Below, in pieces: positions 10,541 to 20,533 of a stretch of 64,000 bases of DNA. The DNA lies in assembly GCA_963662315.1 (NCBI GenBank), contig OY759353.1:3584001-3648000 (forward strand). Reading direction: 5' to 3'. The DNA is from Geopsychrobacteraceae bacterium. Lineage in GTDB: Bacteria; Desulfobacterota; Desulfuromonadia; Desulfuromonadales; Geopsychrobacteraceae. The first letter of the stretch is position 1, and each line of letters begins with the position of its first letter. The notes beneath the pieces were generated by a model that saw only the letters and a list, made by a program, of their open reading frames with translations, was not told where the DNA came from and did no database searches. The translations under genes were made by a program, and so were the position numbers.

Positions 10541-12859
10541 TTAATAAGGGCCGGGGAAGATAGCTTTTGTGTCCTGTAACATACTCAGGAAGGCTGTTTT
10601 ATCAATAGGTTTACTGTAGAGATATCCCTGGTATTGTTCACAGGATGCCTGGCGCAGCAGGGTGAGTTGCTCGACAGTTTCTACGCCCTCGGCGACCACA
10701 CTCAAGCCAAGAGAATGAGCCATAGAGAGTGTTGCCAGGGTAATTGCCGCATCTTCTTTATTGTCAGGCAGATCCTTAATAAAGGCACGATCAATTTTGA
10801 GTGTATCCAGGGGCAGTTGGCTAAGATACTGAAGAGAAGAGTACCCGGTGCCAAAATCATCAATGGCAAAATGGATGCCTTTTTCCCTGAGGGTATTTAA
10901 GGTCTGGATTGCCCCCTGAACATTGTCCATGACGATCCCCTCGGTGACCTCAAGTTCCAGTGAGGTGGGAGGGAAGCCTGTCTCTTCCAGGACTGACAGG
11001 ATCATCGGAACAAGTTGTGTCTGCTTGAATTGGCGTGGGGACAGGTTGACGGCAATTCTTAAAGGGTATCCCAGATTGCGCCAGTGCTGGGCGTCTTGAC
11101 AGGCGCTGCGCAGAACCCATTGGCCGATATCCACAATCAGGCCGGTTTCCTCCGCCAGAGGAATAAATTCTACTGGTGAGATAAGGTTCCCGTCTCGGCG
11201 CCAGCGAATCAGGGCTTCGCAGCCAACGATCATACCGCCGGCAATATCGACTTTGGGCTGATAAAAAACTTCAAACTCTTCGCGCTCCAGGGCCCGACGT
11301 AAACTATTTTCTAACTCCAGACGTCGACTGACATGCTGATTCATGCTTTCCGTATAGAGATAATAGGAGTTTTTGCCTTGCGCTTTGGCCCTGTACATCG
11401 CCAGCTCAGAGTTTTTGAGCAGGGTTTCTGCGTCGGTACCGTCGGTTGGAAACAGGCTGATACCGATACTGAAGCTGGCGAACAGATCCTGTCCTTTGAT
11501 ATGAACAGGCTTGCTAAAGATACTCAGAATACGTTTGGAAACTTCGCAGGCATCCCATTGGCACTCCTTTGAAAGCAGAAGAATTGCAAACTCATCGCCA
11601 CCGATACGGGCGACGGTATCTTCTTCTCTCAGGGTTTTCTCCAGGATTTTAGCGACCTCCTGCAGAAAAAGGTCTCCTATATTATGTCCCAGACTGTCAT
11701 TGATGTTTTTAAAATTATCCAGATCCAGAACCAGAACAGCGGCCTGGGTGTTATGGCGTCTGGCACGGGGCAGTGAGGTTTCAAGTCGATCAATATAGAG
11801 CAGGCGATTCGGTAATCCGGTCAGGGCATCATGATAGGCCTGGTGTTGTAGTTGTTCTTCTCCGCGTTTGATATCAGAAATATCATAAAATACGGAAATA
11901 TAATGGGAGACATTGCCCATGTAGTCGGTAACTGAACTAATGGAAAGTCGCTCTGGGTAGGATTCCCCATTCTTGCGACGATTCCAGATTTCTCCACTCC
12001 AGTGACCTGTCTGGGCAATAGCGTCCCACATGTTGCGATAGAATTCCGCATCATGATGATTTGATTTCAGAATAGAGGGATTTTTCCCGATGGCTTCCTG
12101 CGCGCTATAGCCGGTAATCGCGGTAAAGCCGGGGTTAACCTCTTCTATGGTTCCATCAAGATCAGTAATGACGATCCCTTCCACGGTACTTTCAAAGACC
12201 GATGCCAGCAAGCGAAGCTTGGCTTCATATTCTTTGCGCTGGCTGATGTCGCTGACAATCGCCCAGAGAGTTTGGTTGTCACTTTGAGTATCGCCACTGA
12301 AGAAGGTGCGCTTTTCAACTGGAAAAACACTGCCATTTTTACGGATGGCCTGTTTCTCATAAGTGTCGGAGTAGCCCCGGGAGATAGTCAAATCGTCAAG
12401 AATACGACATTCTATCGGTTGTGAGGTTTCGGAGGTCAGGTTTTGCAGGAACATTCCCTTCAATTCTTCCTCTTCGTAACCAAGCATTTGCCGATAGGTT
12501 TCGTTGAACTCAATAATTTGTCCTTCAGGGGTGTACCTGACAAAGCCATTATTGAAACTCTCACGAAGTTGACAGATCATTTTTTCTGCATCATGAAGAC
12601 GTTTCTGGCTCGAACGACATCCGAGCATGTTAGAGAAAAACAGGCCAATACCGATGAGGATTAAAGTTAAAATAGTTCCGTTAATAAACATGAGGTGTTT
12701 GTGATAAGCGATCATTTCCGGCTGTAGGGCTGCGAAGGCGTAGGCCAAGACAGCCAAAAAGAGAATGGTCGCCAAGAGGATACAGGAGATTGTAAACTGT
12801 CGTGCTGTTTTTTTCATAAGACCTGTGTTGAGATAGCTAAAGCTCGAGTCCGAACTCAT
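10541..12859 (-). CDS. Membrane PAS-PAS-GGDEF-EAL c-di-GMP enzyme
   Basis: Two N-terminal TM helices, two PAS/PAC repeats, intact GGDEF, EAL and DDFGTGYSS; alternative start at 12817. Confidence 0.95.
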   Translation of the reverse strand: MSSDSSFSYLNTGLMKKTARQFTISCILLATILFLAVLAYAFAALQPEMIAYHKHLMFINGTILTLILIGIGLFFSNMLGCRSSQKRLHDAEKMICQLRESFNNGFVRYTPEGQIIEFNETYRQMLGYEEEELKGMFLQNLTSETSQPIECRILDDLTISRGYSDTYEKQAIRKNGSVFPVEKRTFFSGDTQSDNQTLWAIVSDISQRKEYEAKLRLLASVFESTVEGIVITDLDGTIEEVNPGFTAITGYSAQEAIGKNPSILKSNHHDAEFYRNMWDAIAQTGHWSGEIWNRRKNGESYPERLSISSVTDYMGNVSHYISVFYDISDIKRGEEQLQHQAYHDALTGLPNRLLYIDRLETSLPRARRHNTQAAVLVLDLDNFKNINDSLGHNIGDLFLQEVAKILEKTLREEDTVARIGGDEFAILLLSKECQWDACEVSKRILSIFSKPVHIKGQDLFASFSIGISLFPTDGTDAETLLKNSELAMYRAKAQGKNSYYLYTESMNQHVSRRLELENSLRRALEREEFEVFYQPKVDIAGGMIVGCEALIRWRRDGNLISPVEFIPLAEETGLIVDIGQWVLRSACQDAQHWRNLGYPLRIAVNLSPRQFKQTQLVPMILSVLEETGFPPTSLELEVTEGIVMDNVQGAIQTLNTLREKGIHFAIDDFGTGYSSLQYLSQLPLDTLKIDRAFIKDLPDNKEDAAITLATLSMAHSLGLSVVAEGVETVEQLTLLRQASCEQYQGYLYSKPIDKTAFLSMLQDTKAIFPGPY

Positions 12860-13073
12860 ATAAAAAGTAAATCAATGCCTACATTATATTAGGGATTTAT
12901 AAGAAAAAAGCAAGGATCACATTTTTGTTTCAAGTGGAGCGGCAGCAAATACCGAATATGATAAGGTTTTCTCCTGTTTTGCGGGATAGCAGGAGCACGC
13001 GCGCTACGGATTTATAGCGCGCAGAGAAAGTGACCATGGGCTCTGGTCATCTATGGGGGGGGGCAATAGTGAT

Positions 13074-14762
13074 TTATTTCACCGCAGGGTGAGGGATCTT
13101 TCTAACATCAACAAAGCTGGCATAGTACGCCAGTCCGGTTCCGGCATCGGTCAACAGGTTAGGGATAGCATGGTTGCTGTAGCCGCTTATCATGGGAATA
13201 TTTTTCCAGCACATCAGACAACCGCGAACAATTTTATCAGTGATCAGAGCTTCGGCGTTAAATTCACCACAGTCGCCGACAACCTTGACCTCCTCACCAT
13301 GACTTATGTTCAGGACTTCAGCATCTAAAGGATTGATATGCACGACCTGAAGCCCCCGTTCCATACCGGGCAGGATCTGAGAATTCAGATAGCTGTGGTG
13401 GGACGCGGTCAGCAACTGAAAACGGGGCCCACTTTCCGGCAGGATTAGATCCAGTGGTGGATTTTTATAGCTGCGTTGCGGTAAGGAGCGTTTGGGGGTA
13501 TGCGCCAGTTCCGGAATTTTAAGAGGAATTCTCAACGTGTCAGCCAGAGCCGAAGCCGCCGCAACATCGCCCATTTCCTGAGTCACATTCGTGCGGTTGT
13601 AATAGTGAGGGAAAAAGTAACTGCCCATGAAATCACTTTGGGAGAACATGCCGCCAACCTTAAGAAAAAAGTTTGCGTGGCGCGCTGTTTCATCGTGACT
13701 GGTGCCGATGACAAGGCTGGGAGTCCTGATCATTCCCTGTTGCCATAAATGACTGTCAGGATAGGTCATGGCCGGATTGGCCGCCACCGTAACAAACAGG
13801 TCAAATTCTCCATCGACCAGGGTTTGTGCGATTCTTTCTACGGGGACCGCTCCTGCGAATGGCGCGGATTGTTTTTCCCACATTCGCTTGGACCCGTGGG
13901 TCCAGAACAGTAACTCCTGGCTGCCGGTTTTACTGGCCAGTCGGTTGATCCACTGAAAGGCGTTCATGCCGTTTTTCTGCCGTTGCAGACCGGAGCCCTG
14001 CACATGGGCCGTGGTACTATGACGGATGGTCGTTGCCAGCAGCTGCAGTTGCTCGGGGCTGACACCGGCGCTGGCGCACAGCGCTTGCGGATTGTACCCC
14101 TGGTCAAGACCAAGGGTGACCAGTAGCGCACAGGCGAGCAAACCGTCACAGCCGGGCTTGATTTGAATATAGTGATGGGCCAGTTCCGCGGTTCTGGTCT
14201 TGATCGGATCGATATAGATCAGCAGTTTACCCTGCTGCTTGAGCTGTTTCAGAAACGCGTAAAAGTGTGGACTGGTGGCGGCGGCGTTTTTGCCGTAAAG
14301 GATGATACTGTCAGCTTTTTCCAGCGCCATGACATCCGGATTGCTGGCAACGCCGAAGTCGGCAACGTGGGCTGCTTCACCGGTATCATCACAGGGCCCG
14401 CCGGCAATCCCGTAGCACTCACCAAAGCGGCTGAACAGGACGTCCCAACAGGCCATTTTATAGCCCAGGCTGCCTGAGCCACGCAGCAGTAATATCTTCT
14501 TTTTGCGATAAGGTTCAAGAAACTCACCCAGGGCAGCAATAGCCGTTGCCGGATTGTCGTAGAGCTGGCGGCGCTGACCATCGATCTGCCACGAATTTAC
14601 GCCATTGGCTATTTCCCGCCGGGCAAATGTTTTGAATTTGGCACAGACAAAACCGGGATCGGACCAGGGCTGAGCGACCCCTTGAACGGTCAGTTCCGGG
14701 GTCAGAGCGGAAATTTGAACCCCACACAGATCGGGGCAGTCTTTGCTACAGAAAAAGATCAT
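13074..14762 (-). CDS. Molybdopterin-dependent oxidoreductase (compact, stand-alone)
   Basis: N-terminal CSKDCPDLC...C Fe-S motif, ANPA motif, C-terminal HSYLNSQ and INPLDA molybdopterin-dinucleotide-binding domain. Confidence 0.85.
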   Translation of the reverse strand: MIFFCSKDCPDLCGVQISALTPELTVQGVAQPWSDPGFVCAKFKTFARREIANGVNSWQIDGQRRQLYDNPATAIAALGEFLEPYRKKKILLLRGSGSLGYKMACWDVLFSRFGECYGIAGGPCDDTGEAAHVADFGVASNPDVMALEKADSIILYGKNAAATSPHFYAFLKQLKQQGKLLIYIDPIKTRTAELAHHYIQIKPGCDGLLACALLVTLGLDQGYNPQALCASAGVSPEQLQLLATTIRHSTTAHVQGSGLQRQKNGMNAFQWINRLASKTGSQELLFWTHGSKRMWEKQSAPFAGAVPVERIAQTLVDGEFDLFVTVAANPAMTYPDSHLWQQGMIRTPSLVIGTSHDETARHANFFLKVGGMFSQSDFMGSYFFPHYYNRTNVTQEMGDVAAASALADTLRIPLKIPELAHTPKRSLPQRSYKNPPLDLILPESGPRFQLLTASHHSYLNSQILPGMERGLQVVHINPLDAEVLNISHGEEVKVVGDCGEFNAEALITDKIVRGCLMCWKNIPMISGYSNHAIPNLLTDAGTGLAYYASFVDVRKIPHPAVK

Positions 14763-14866
14763 GTCGACCTCGTCATTGCTAGGCTGTTGATTGCGGTTGG
14801 GAAATCAATCGGGTCTGTTGACTCTATCAAGGGTCTGTAGGTAACGCAATGCCCTTTACGCGGCCT

Positions 14867-14920
14867 GTCAAAATTACGACTTTTTTAAAAAACAGCCAGG
14901 AAAGTGTCAATAGATCTGAC
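14867..14920. promoter_or_regulatory. Pair of GTC-N8/9-GAC palindromic boxes upstream of the flagellar cluster (FleQ-like activator sites)
   Basis: GTCAAAATTACGAC (14867-14880) and GTCAATAGATCTGAC (14906-14920); the motif recurs at 28595, 35802 and 41428. Confidence 0.55.
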
Positions 14921-14975
14921 TTATTTTGCTATGAAAATGAATAATCTTGATAGGTTAGGATTGTGTTTCAGAAGT

Positions 14976-14990
14976 TGGCATGATTCTGGT
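14976..14990 (+). promoter_or_regulatory. Possible degenerate sigma54 promoter for the TPR-flgB operon
   Basis: TGGCATG gives a good -24 box, but the -12 position reads TGGT instead of TTGC. Confidence 0.35.
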
Positions 14991-15048
14991 TAAGGAAATG
15001 ATTGGATAACTACGGACAGCAACGAAATGAATGCCGGAGGAGTAGTAA

Positions 15049-17454
15049 ATGCGACTGAATAGATCAGGTCGGAGATGGGGCTTAAAGGTGGCGGGATTAC
15101 TGGTGTTGTTAGTGTTGCTTCCGCTGCAGGCACTCGCAGAGCCGGTTCTAAACGCTATGACAAAGCAGGAAAGCCCGTCCCAAACCAGAATCTCTTTGGA
15201 TTTGTCGGAACTTCCGACTTTTGAAGTGACCCCGACAGGGCAGCGCATTGATGTGCTTCTTAAGGGGACCACAGCTGCTGAGGCATTGCGTAAGCTGCCC
15301 GAAGATGAAACCGTGGTGAATATCACCCTGACTGAAAAGTCAGGTGACCTGTGGGTGTCGATATTACTGCGTCAATCTCCACGTCAGGTGCTGCCTGCCA
15401 TTCAGGAGGAACCTCCCCGACTGAATCTGGATGTTTACTGGCAGGATGCCAATGCGATACGTCCCGGAGTCGCCTTCCGTATTGCCGGAATGCCACCCCG
15501 GAAAGCAGGGCGGCGGGCGTCTGCATATCAGAAAAGGTCAGCCTGGGAAGACGATTGGATGCGTTTCTTTGCGGATTATCATCAGGATTGGTCGGTCCAG
15601 CTGCCGCTAAAATACACCCTGCCGGAACTTCCTCCCCTGGTGACTGACGAGCAGAGTCCGGTGATGCCCCTGCAGCAGTTCGCCAATGAAGGTTTGTTCC
15701 TTAACCTGTTGCATAGTGCTGATCAGATCGCCAACCTGACTGATGAACAGCGTTTGCAGCGCGACATGCTGGCCGCCGAAGCGCACCTGCGCACTGATGG
15801 TCTGGCTGCCGGGCTGGCACGTCTCGAAACAATGCGACGGCAGAGTCCTGCGAAGAATGCGCGTGTCGAATATTTGACAGCCTATGCTCAAGCACAGGGA
15901 GGGCAGCCGATTGTCGGCCAATTGACGCTGGCGCAGATGCTTGCCGGTCTGGCTGATACTGACCCTTTTGTGTCGTACTATCATCTGCTTTATGCTGAAA
16001 CCGATCTGGATTCAAGGTGTTACAAGGCCGCCGACAGCTATCTGAATGGCGCTCAGACATGGCCTGATGAGCTGGCTGAAATAATTGCCTTGCGGCGTGC
16101 GGATACATTGGCGGGAGCCGGATCGGTCAAGCAGGCGACAGCGGCTTATCAGGCTTTGGCAACGATGCCGGATTTGTTTGAGCGGCATCTGTTTTCCATG
16201 AATCGTGCGGCTTTCGCAGCCTTCCAGAATCAGAATTACAGCTTTTCTGCGGATCTTTACCGGCGGCTGATCACAGCGATTGAAAACCAGGATAAGCCCG
16301 TGGACGGTTTTGATATGATCCTGTTTGGTGCCGGGATAGCTGCTTATGAGGCGGGTGACCAGGCGTGGGGGAGAATCGGTCTGGAGAAAGCCTTTTATGA
16401 TAACGAGGCAAGTGAAGGGGGGCAGAGGGCCAGATTGCGGCTTGTCGATATACAGGTCCTTCAGGGGGGGGAACTTGAACTGGGAAAGGCCGTTGCCGAG
16501 TATGGCGATATGGCACTTCACGCAGACTATCGCAGCGTTCGCGAAGAGAGCGCGTTCAAACAGGCCCTGGCCCATTACCTGTTGGGTGACCACCGGCTCA
16601 GTGTCGAGGAGCTGATGACCTTTCAGCGCGACTATTACAGCTCCGCGTTACGTCACGATGCCGAGGTGTTACTGGCTGAACAGATTCCTGAGGTTGTACA
16701 TCAGCTGCTGCAGGAAAAAAATGACCTGGCGGCTGTCGTACTGGTTGAAAAAAACCGCAAACTGTTGCTGAGCAGAGGCTTCGACCGTCAATTCCTTGAG
16801 GATCTGGCCGCGTCTTTCGGTCGTCTGGGATTATATGAACGGTCTGCCCGGGTTTTACTTTACCTGCTGGATCGCATTCAAGACCCGGCTGACAAGGCGG
16901 ACATCTATCTTCCTCTGGTCACCTCTTATATTAAGCGTGGAGAATATGATCAAGTCACTAAGTATGCTGAACAATACCTGAAAAATTATCCCGAAGGGGA
17001 AGATGCCGGCCCCCTGTTCAGCCTGCTGCTCGATGCGTTTGAAAAACAGAAACAGGAAGACAAGATCGTGGCCTGGCTCGGTCGTCAGAATCGCCCGTCC
17101 TCCGCAGCCCTGGAAATCCGGGCTGCCTGGATCTACTGGCACCTTGACAAGCCGGAAGCGGTTCTGAACAGCCTGAAAAAAGTCCAGCGGAAAGGGATTG
17201 CGCTGGAAGTCAAAGAAATGGCACTGCTGGGAGAGACCAGTTTCCAGCAGGGGGACCTGGCTACAGCAAAAAGAGCTTATGAGTCACTCCTGCACGATAA
17301 AGAATTTGCCCCTCAGGCTCAGTATCGAATGGCTCAAATATTTATAAAACAAAAGGAAAACAAGAAAGCAAGGACTCTGCTGCAGAGCCTGCGCAAAGAG
17401 CATTCCACGAGTACCTGGGCAAAGTTGGCCCAGGATTTGCTCATTGACCTGTAA
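15049..17454 (+). CDS. Large exported tetratricopeptide-repeat protein heading the flagellar operon
   Basis: Signal peptide (LLVLLVLLPLQALA), beta-rich N-domain, then a long run of Ala/Leu/Tyr-rich helical TPR-like repeats; 801 aa. Confidence 0.8.
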   Translation: MRLNRSGRRWGLKVAGLLVLLVLLPLQALAEPVLNAMTKQESPSQTRISLDLSELPTFEVTPTGQRIDVLLKGTTAAEALRKLPEDETVVNITLTEKSGDLWVSILLRQSPRQVLPAIQEEPPRLNLDVYWQDANAIRPGVAFRIAGMPPRKAGRRASAYQKRSAWEDDWMRFFADYHQDWSVQLPLKYTLPELPPLVTDEQSPVMPLQQFANEGLFLNLLHSADQIANLTDEQRLQRDMLAAEAHLRTDGLAAGLARLETMRRQSPAKNARVEYLTAYAQAQGGQPIVGQLTLAQMLAGLADTDPFVSYYHLLYAETDLDSRCYKAADSYLNGAQTWPDELAEIIALRRADTLAGAGSVKQATAAYQALATMPDLFERHLFSMNRAAFAAFQNQNYSFSADLYRRLITAIENQDKPVDGFDMILFGAGIAAYEAGDQAWGRIGLEKAFYDNEASEGGQRARLRLVDIQVLQGGELELGKAVAEYGDMALHADYRSVREESAFKQALAHYLLGDHRLSVEELMTFQRDYYSSALRHDAEVLLAEQIPEVVHQLLQEKNDLAAVVLVEKNRKLLLSRGFDRQFLEDLAASFGRLGLYERSARVLLYLLDRIQDPADKADIYLPLVTSYIKRGEYDQVTKYAEQYLKNYPEGEDAGPLFSLLLDAFEKQKQEDKIVAWLGRQNRPSSAALEIRAAWIYWHLDKPEAVLNSLKKVQRKGIALEVKEMALLGETSFQQGDLATAKRAYESLLHDKEFAPQAQYRMAQIFIKQKENKKARTLLQSLRKEHSTSTWAKLAQDLLIDL

Positions 17455-17504
17455 CGCTGACTTTTTGCCAGCAAACGTGTCAAAGAATAGTCAGGAGATG
17501 AACT

Positions 17505-17918
17505 ATGGCCTCTTTTAAGATCACCGATCAGACCATTTCCGTATTGCAGAAAAGTCTGGATTTGCGGGCCCAGAAGCAGGAAGTGATCGCCGGAAACATT
17601 GCCAACGCCGAAACCCCTGGGTACGCCGCACGGCAATTTGCTTTTGAAGAAAACCTACGCAACGCTATCGATAACCCAGAGCTGAACAGTAGGCCGACCA
17701 ATATCAAGCATTTTCCGGTTGGGACCGGCAGCATCAGTGATGTCCACGGCACTTTGAGTATCGATCTGGCCAATGCCCCGCTGGGGGATGACAATACGGT
17801 CTCGGTTGATGATGAAATGTTTGACCTGGCCGAAAACCAGTTGTTGTTTGAAGCGGGTAGTCAGATTATCAAAAAGAAACTGACGCTCCTTAAGTACGCA
17901 GCGAACAACGGCAGTTAG
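17505..17918 (+). CDS. flgB: Flagellar basal-body rod protein FlgB
   Basis: LDLRAQKQEVIAGNIANAETPGY, DDNTVSVDDEM. Confidence 0.96.
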   Translation: MASFKITDQTISVLQKSLDLRAQKQEVIAGNIANAETPGYAARQFAFEENLRNAIDNPELNSRPTNIKHFPVGTGSISDVHGTLSIDLANAPLGDDNTVSVDDEMFDLAENQLLFEAGSQIIKKKLTLLKYAANNGS

Positions 17919-17926
17919 GAGTTTTT

Positions 17927-18358
17927 ATGGACGTTTTTTCCAGTATGAAGATCAGTGCTTCGGCACTTAAAGCCCAGCGGGTGAGGATGAATGCCATCAG
18001 TTCCAACCTTGCCAACATTGAAACAACAAGAACCCCGGACGGCGGCCCCTACCGTAAGCGCGAGGTGGTTTTTCAGACCGTTCCCCAGGATTTTGCCAGC
18101 ACCCTCGATACTGAATTGCGAGATGCTGGACACGGGGTCCGGGTCAGCCATGTTCAGGCCAGCTCGTTGCCGCCGCGCATGGTTTATGATCCGTCCCACC
18201 CGGATGCCAACGAAAACGGCGAAGTGGCCATGCCGAACATCAGCCTGGTTGAAGAAACCGCCGATATGATGTCTGCCGCGCGGGCCTATGAAGCCAATGT
18301 CACGGTGGTTAAGTCGGCCAAGCGCATGGCACTTAAAGCGTTGGATATCGGCAAATAG
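17927..18358 (+). CDS. flgC: Flagellar basal-body rod protein FlgC
   Basis: ISSNLANIETT...GGPYRKR, YDPSHPDA, ARAYEAN. Confidence 0.97.
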   Translation: MDVFSSMKISASALKAQRVRMNAISSNLANIETTRTPDGGPYRKREVVFQTVPQDFASTLDTELRDAGHGVRVSHVQASSLPPRMVYDPSHPDANENGEVAMPNISLVEETADMMSAARAYEANVTVVKSAKRMALKALDIGK

Positions 18359-18371
18359 AAAAGTGAGGTAA

Positions 18372-18680
18372 ATGATGAACAAGATTACAGATATCACCCT
18401 GAAAAGTCACCTTGACAGCTTGATCAAGCCGCAGCAGACCAGCCCGGTGACCGATATGGGGCAAAAGTTCGGTGCCGTACTGAAAAATACCATTGAGCAG
18501 GTCAACAACGCCCAGGTCGCTGCCGATAAAGCGTCCCAACAGGTGGTGGCCGGTGAAACAAAAAATCTTCATGAGGCAATGATCAAGCTTGAAGAAGCTG
18601 ATATTTCCATGCGCCTGATGGTGCAGGTGCGGAATAAGGCGTTGGACGCGTATCATGAAATCATGCGCATGTCAGTCTGA
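18372..18680 (+). CDS. fliE: Flagellar hook-basal body protein FliE
   Basis: LHEAMI...VQVRNKALDAYHEIMRM. Confidence 0.96.
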   Translation: MMNKITDITLKSHLDSLIKPQQTSPVTDMGQKFGAVLKNTIEQVNNAQVAADKASQQVVAGETKNLHEAMIKLEEADISMRLMVQVRNKALDAYHEIMRMSV

Positions 18681-18681
18681 T

Positions 18682-18800
18682 AGCGGCGCGCAGTGACCGC
18701 TCCACGGCGTTGGCCAAAAATTGCAGACCCTTGACCTACTGATGTAGGCCTTCGGCCCTGAAATCTTGTGTCGCCTTGTTGAGCGAACCCAGCACTTGCT
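18682..18800. repeat. Palindromic intergenic element, ERIC/IRU-like architecture (copy A)
   Basis: CGCTCCACGGCG pairs with CGCCTTGTTGAGCG; central CCTAC-TGAT-GTAGG hairpin; same landmarks as 44489-44609. Confidence 0.6.
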
Positions 18801-18868
18801 CTCAGATATTACATAAATAAAGAACATAACGATAAAGTCACACCAGCAATCACAACCGGAGACAAACG

Positions 18869-20494
18869 ATGGCAGAAGAAAAAACTGACATTATCAAGAA
18901 CGAAGCAGAGCAGGCGGCAGCTCAAGAAGAGAAAAAGAGTCTGCTGAATGTTATTATGGCGTGGTCGCTGGCGCGTAAATTGAGCTTGGTTGCTGCTGCC
19001 GTGCTGTGTATTGTCCTGTTTTCAGTCATCATCATGCAGTCTCGCGTTGCGGACTACAGTCTGCTGTTTGCCAACCTGCCGAGTCGCGATGCGTCTTCGG
19101 TGGTCCAGTGGCTGAAGGATCGCAAGATTCCCTATCGTCTTGAAGACGGCGGGCGCGACATTCTGGTTCCGGCTGATCAGGTTTATGAAACCCGTATTGA
19201 ACTGGCCGGTTCAGGCCTGGCTGAAGGTGGTGTTGGCTTTGAAATTTTCGACAAGCAGAGTTTCGGTATGACCGACTTTGCCCAAAAGGTCAATTATCGC
19301 CGTGCTCTGCAAGGGGAGCTGATGCGGACCATCGCGTCTCTGGCCCCGGTTGAAGCGGCACGCATCCACCTGGCATTGCCTGAGAAACGCTTGTTCAAGG
19401 AACAGCAGCAACCAGCCACAGCCTCTGTCATTGTCAAACTCGCGCCGGGGCGCAAACTGAATGAAGCTCAGCTGCAGGGGATAATCCATCTGGTCTCTGG
19501 AAGTGTCGAGGGGTTAGAGGCTGAAAATGTTACCGTTGTCGATTCCAGCGGCCAGGCCCTGTCCCGCAGCCGGGACGATGAACTGGGCGGACCGGTGACA
19601 CCGGGAATGATGACCTACCAGCAGACGATGGAAAGGCGCCTGGAAACCCGTGCCCAATCGTTACTCGATCGTGCCCTGGGCGCTGGTAACTCAATGGTAC
19701 GGGTCACGGCAGAGGTCGATTTTGATCAGCGCGAGCGGGTTGAAGAGGCTCTGGATCCCAAAGGAGCGGTTGTCGTCAGTGAGCAGACCAGTAATGAAGC
19801 AGGCAGCAGTACCCTTGTTGGCGGTGTCCCCGGCGTGGTTTCCAATCTGCCCAATAATGGGAATACTGCAACTGCGACGACCACAACTCCGTCTTCGCGC
19901 AATTCCGAAACCGTCAACTATGAGCTGAGTAAAACGGTCAGTAAAACGGTCAGTTCAGTCGGTAGCCTGAAAACCCTTTCCGTTTCCGTGTTGGTTGCCG
20001 ATCGCTTCAAGCCCGGCGCCGAGGGGGAGGCTCCTGTACCTGATCCACGTAGCCCGGAAGAACTGCAGGAAATCGAGCAGATGATGCGCACCGCTCTTGG
20101 CATCAATGATAGTCGTGGCGATAATATCTCTGTGGTTTCAATGCCGTTTGAGACCAACTTCCTTGATGAACCACTGCCGGAACCGTCCATTATTGACAAG
20201 GTTTATCCTTTCATGCCGATTATCAAGTACAGCTTGCTGGCGCTGGCGGCACTGTTTGGTTATCTGCTTCTGGTCCGTCCTATCCTGCGCACCCTCAGAG
20301 GGGCTGAAGAGGAGACCGAGCCGATGAAAACCGTGGAGGAGCTGCAGGCTGAATTGCGTGGTGAGCATGACAAGCATTTGCTGGAAGGTCCTGCTGATCC
20401 GCTGTCAAATATTCGTCAGGAAGTGCTGAATGGCGATCTGCTGTCGGTTCAGGTTCTGAAAAACTGGCTGCGTGAAGAACCGGCCGAACAGTAA
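18869..20494 (+). CDS. fliF: Flagellar M-ring protein FliF
   Basis: GFEIFDKQSFGMTDF...RALQGELMRTI...ARIHLALPE, GGVPGVVSN; two TM helices. Confidence 0.97.
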   Translation: MAEEKTDIIKNEAEQAAAQEEKKSLLNVIMAWSLARKLSLVAAAVLCIVLFSVIIMQSRVADYSLLFANLPSRDASSVVQWLKDRKIPYRLEDGGRDILVPADQVYETRIELAGSGLAEGGVGFEIFDKQSFGMTDFAQKVNYRRALQGELMRTIASLAPVEAARIHLALPEKRLFKEQQQPATASVIVKLAPGRKLNEAQLQGIIHLVSGSVEGLEAENVTVVDSSGQALSRSRDDELGGPVTPGMMTYQQTMERRLETRAQSLLDRALGAGNSMVRVTAEVDFDQRERVEEALDPKGAVVVSEQTSNEAGSSTLVGGVPGVVSNLPNNGNTATATTTTPSSRNSETVNYELSKTVSKTVSSVGSLKTLSVSVLVADRFKPGAEGEAPVPDPRSPEELQEIEQMMRTALGINDSRGDNISVVSMPFETNFLDEPLPEPSIIDKVYPFMPIIKYSLLALAALFGYLLLVRPILRTLRGAEEETEPMKTVEELQAELRGEHDKHLLEGPADPLSNIRQEVLNGDLLSVQVLKNWLREEPAEQ

Positions 20495-20533
20495 ATAACG
20501 GTTGCTAATTTTGTACGTCGACAGGAGCCTTGT

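Noticed and set aside
18711..18724. TGGCCAAAAATTGC as a sigma54 promoter for fliF
   Set aside because: GG-to-GC spacing is one base short of the strict requirement, and the sequence lies inside a palindromic repeat.
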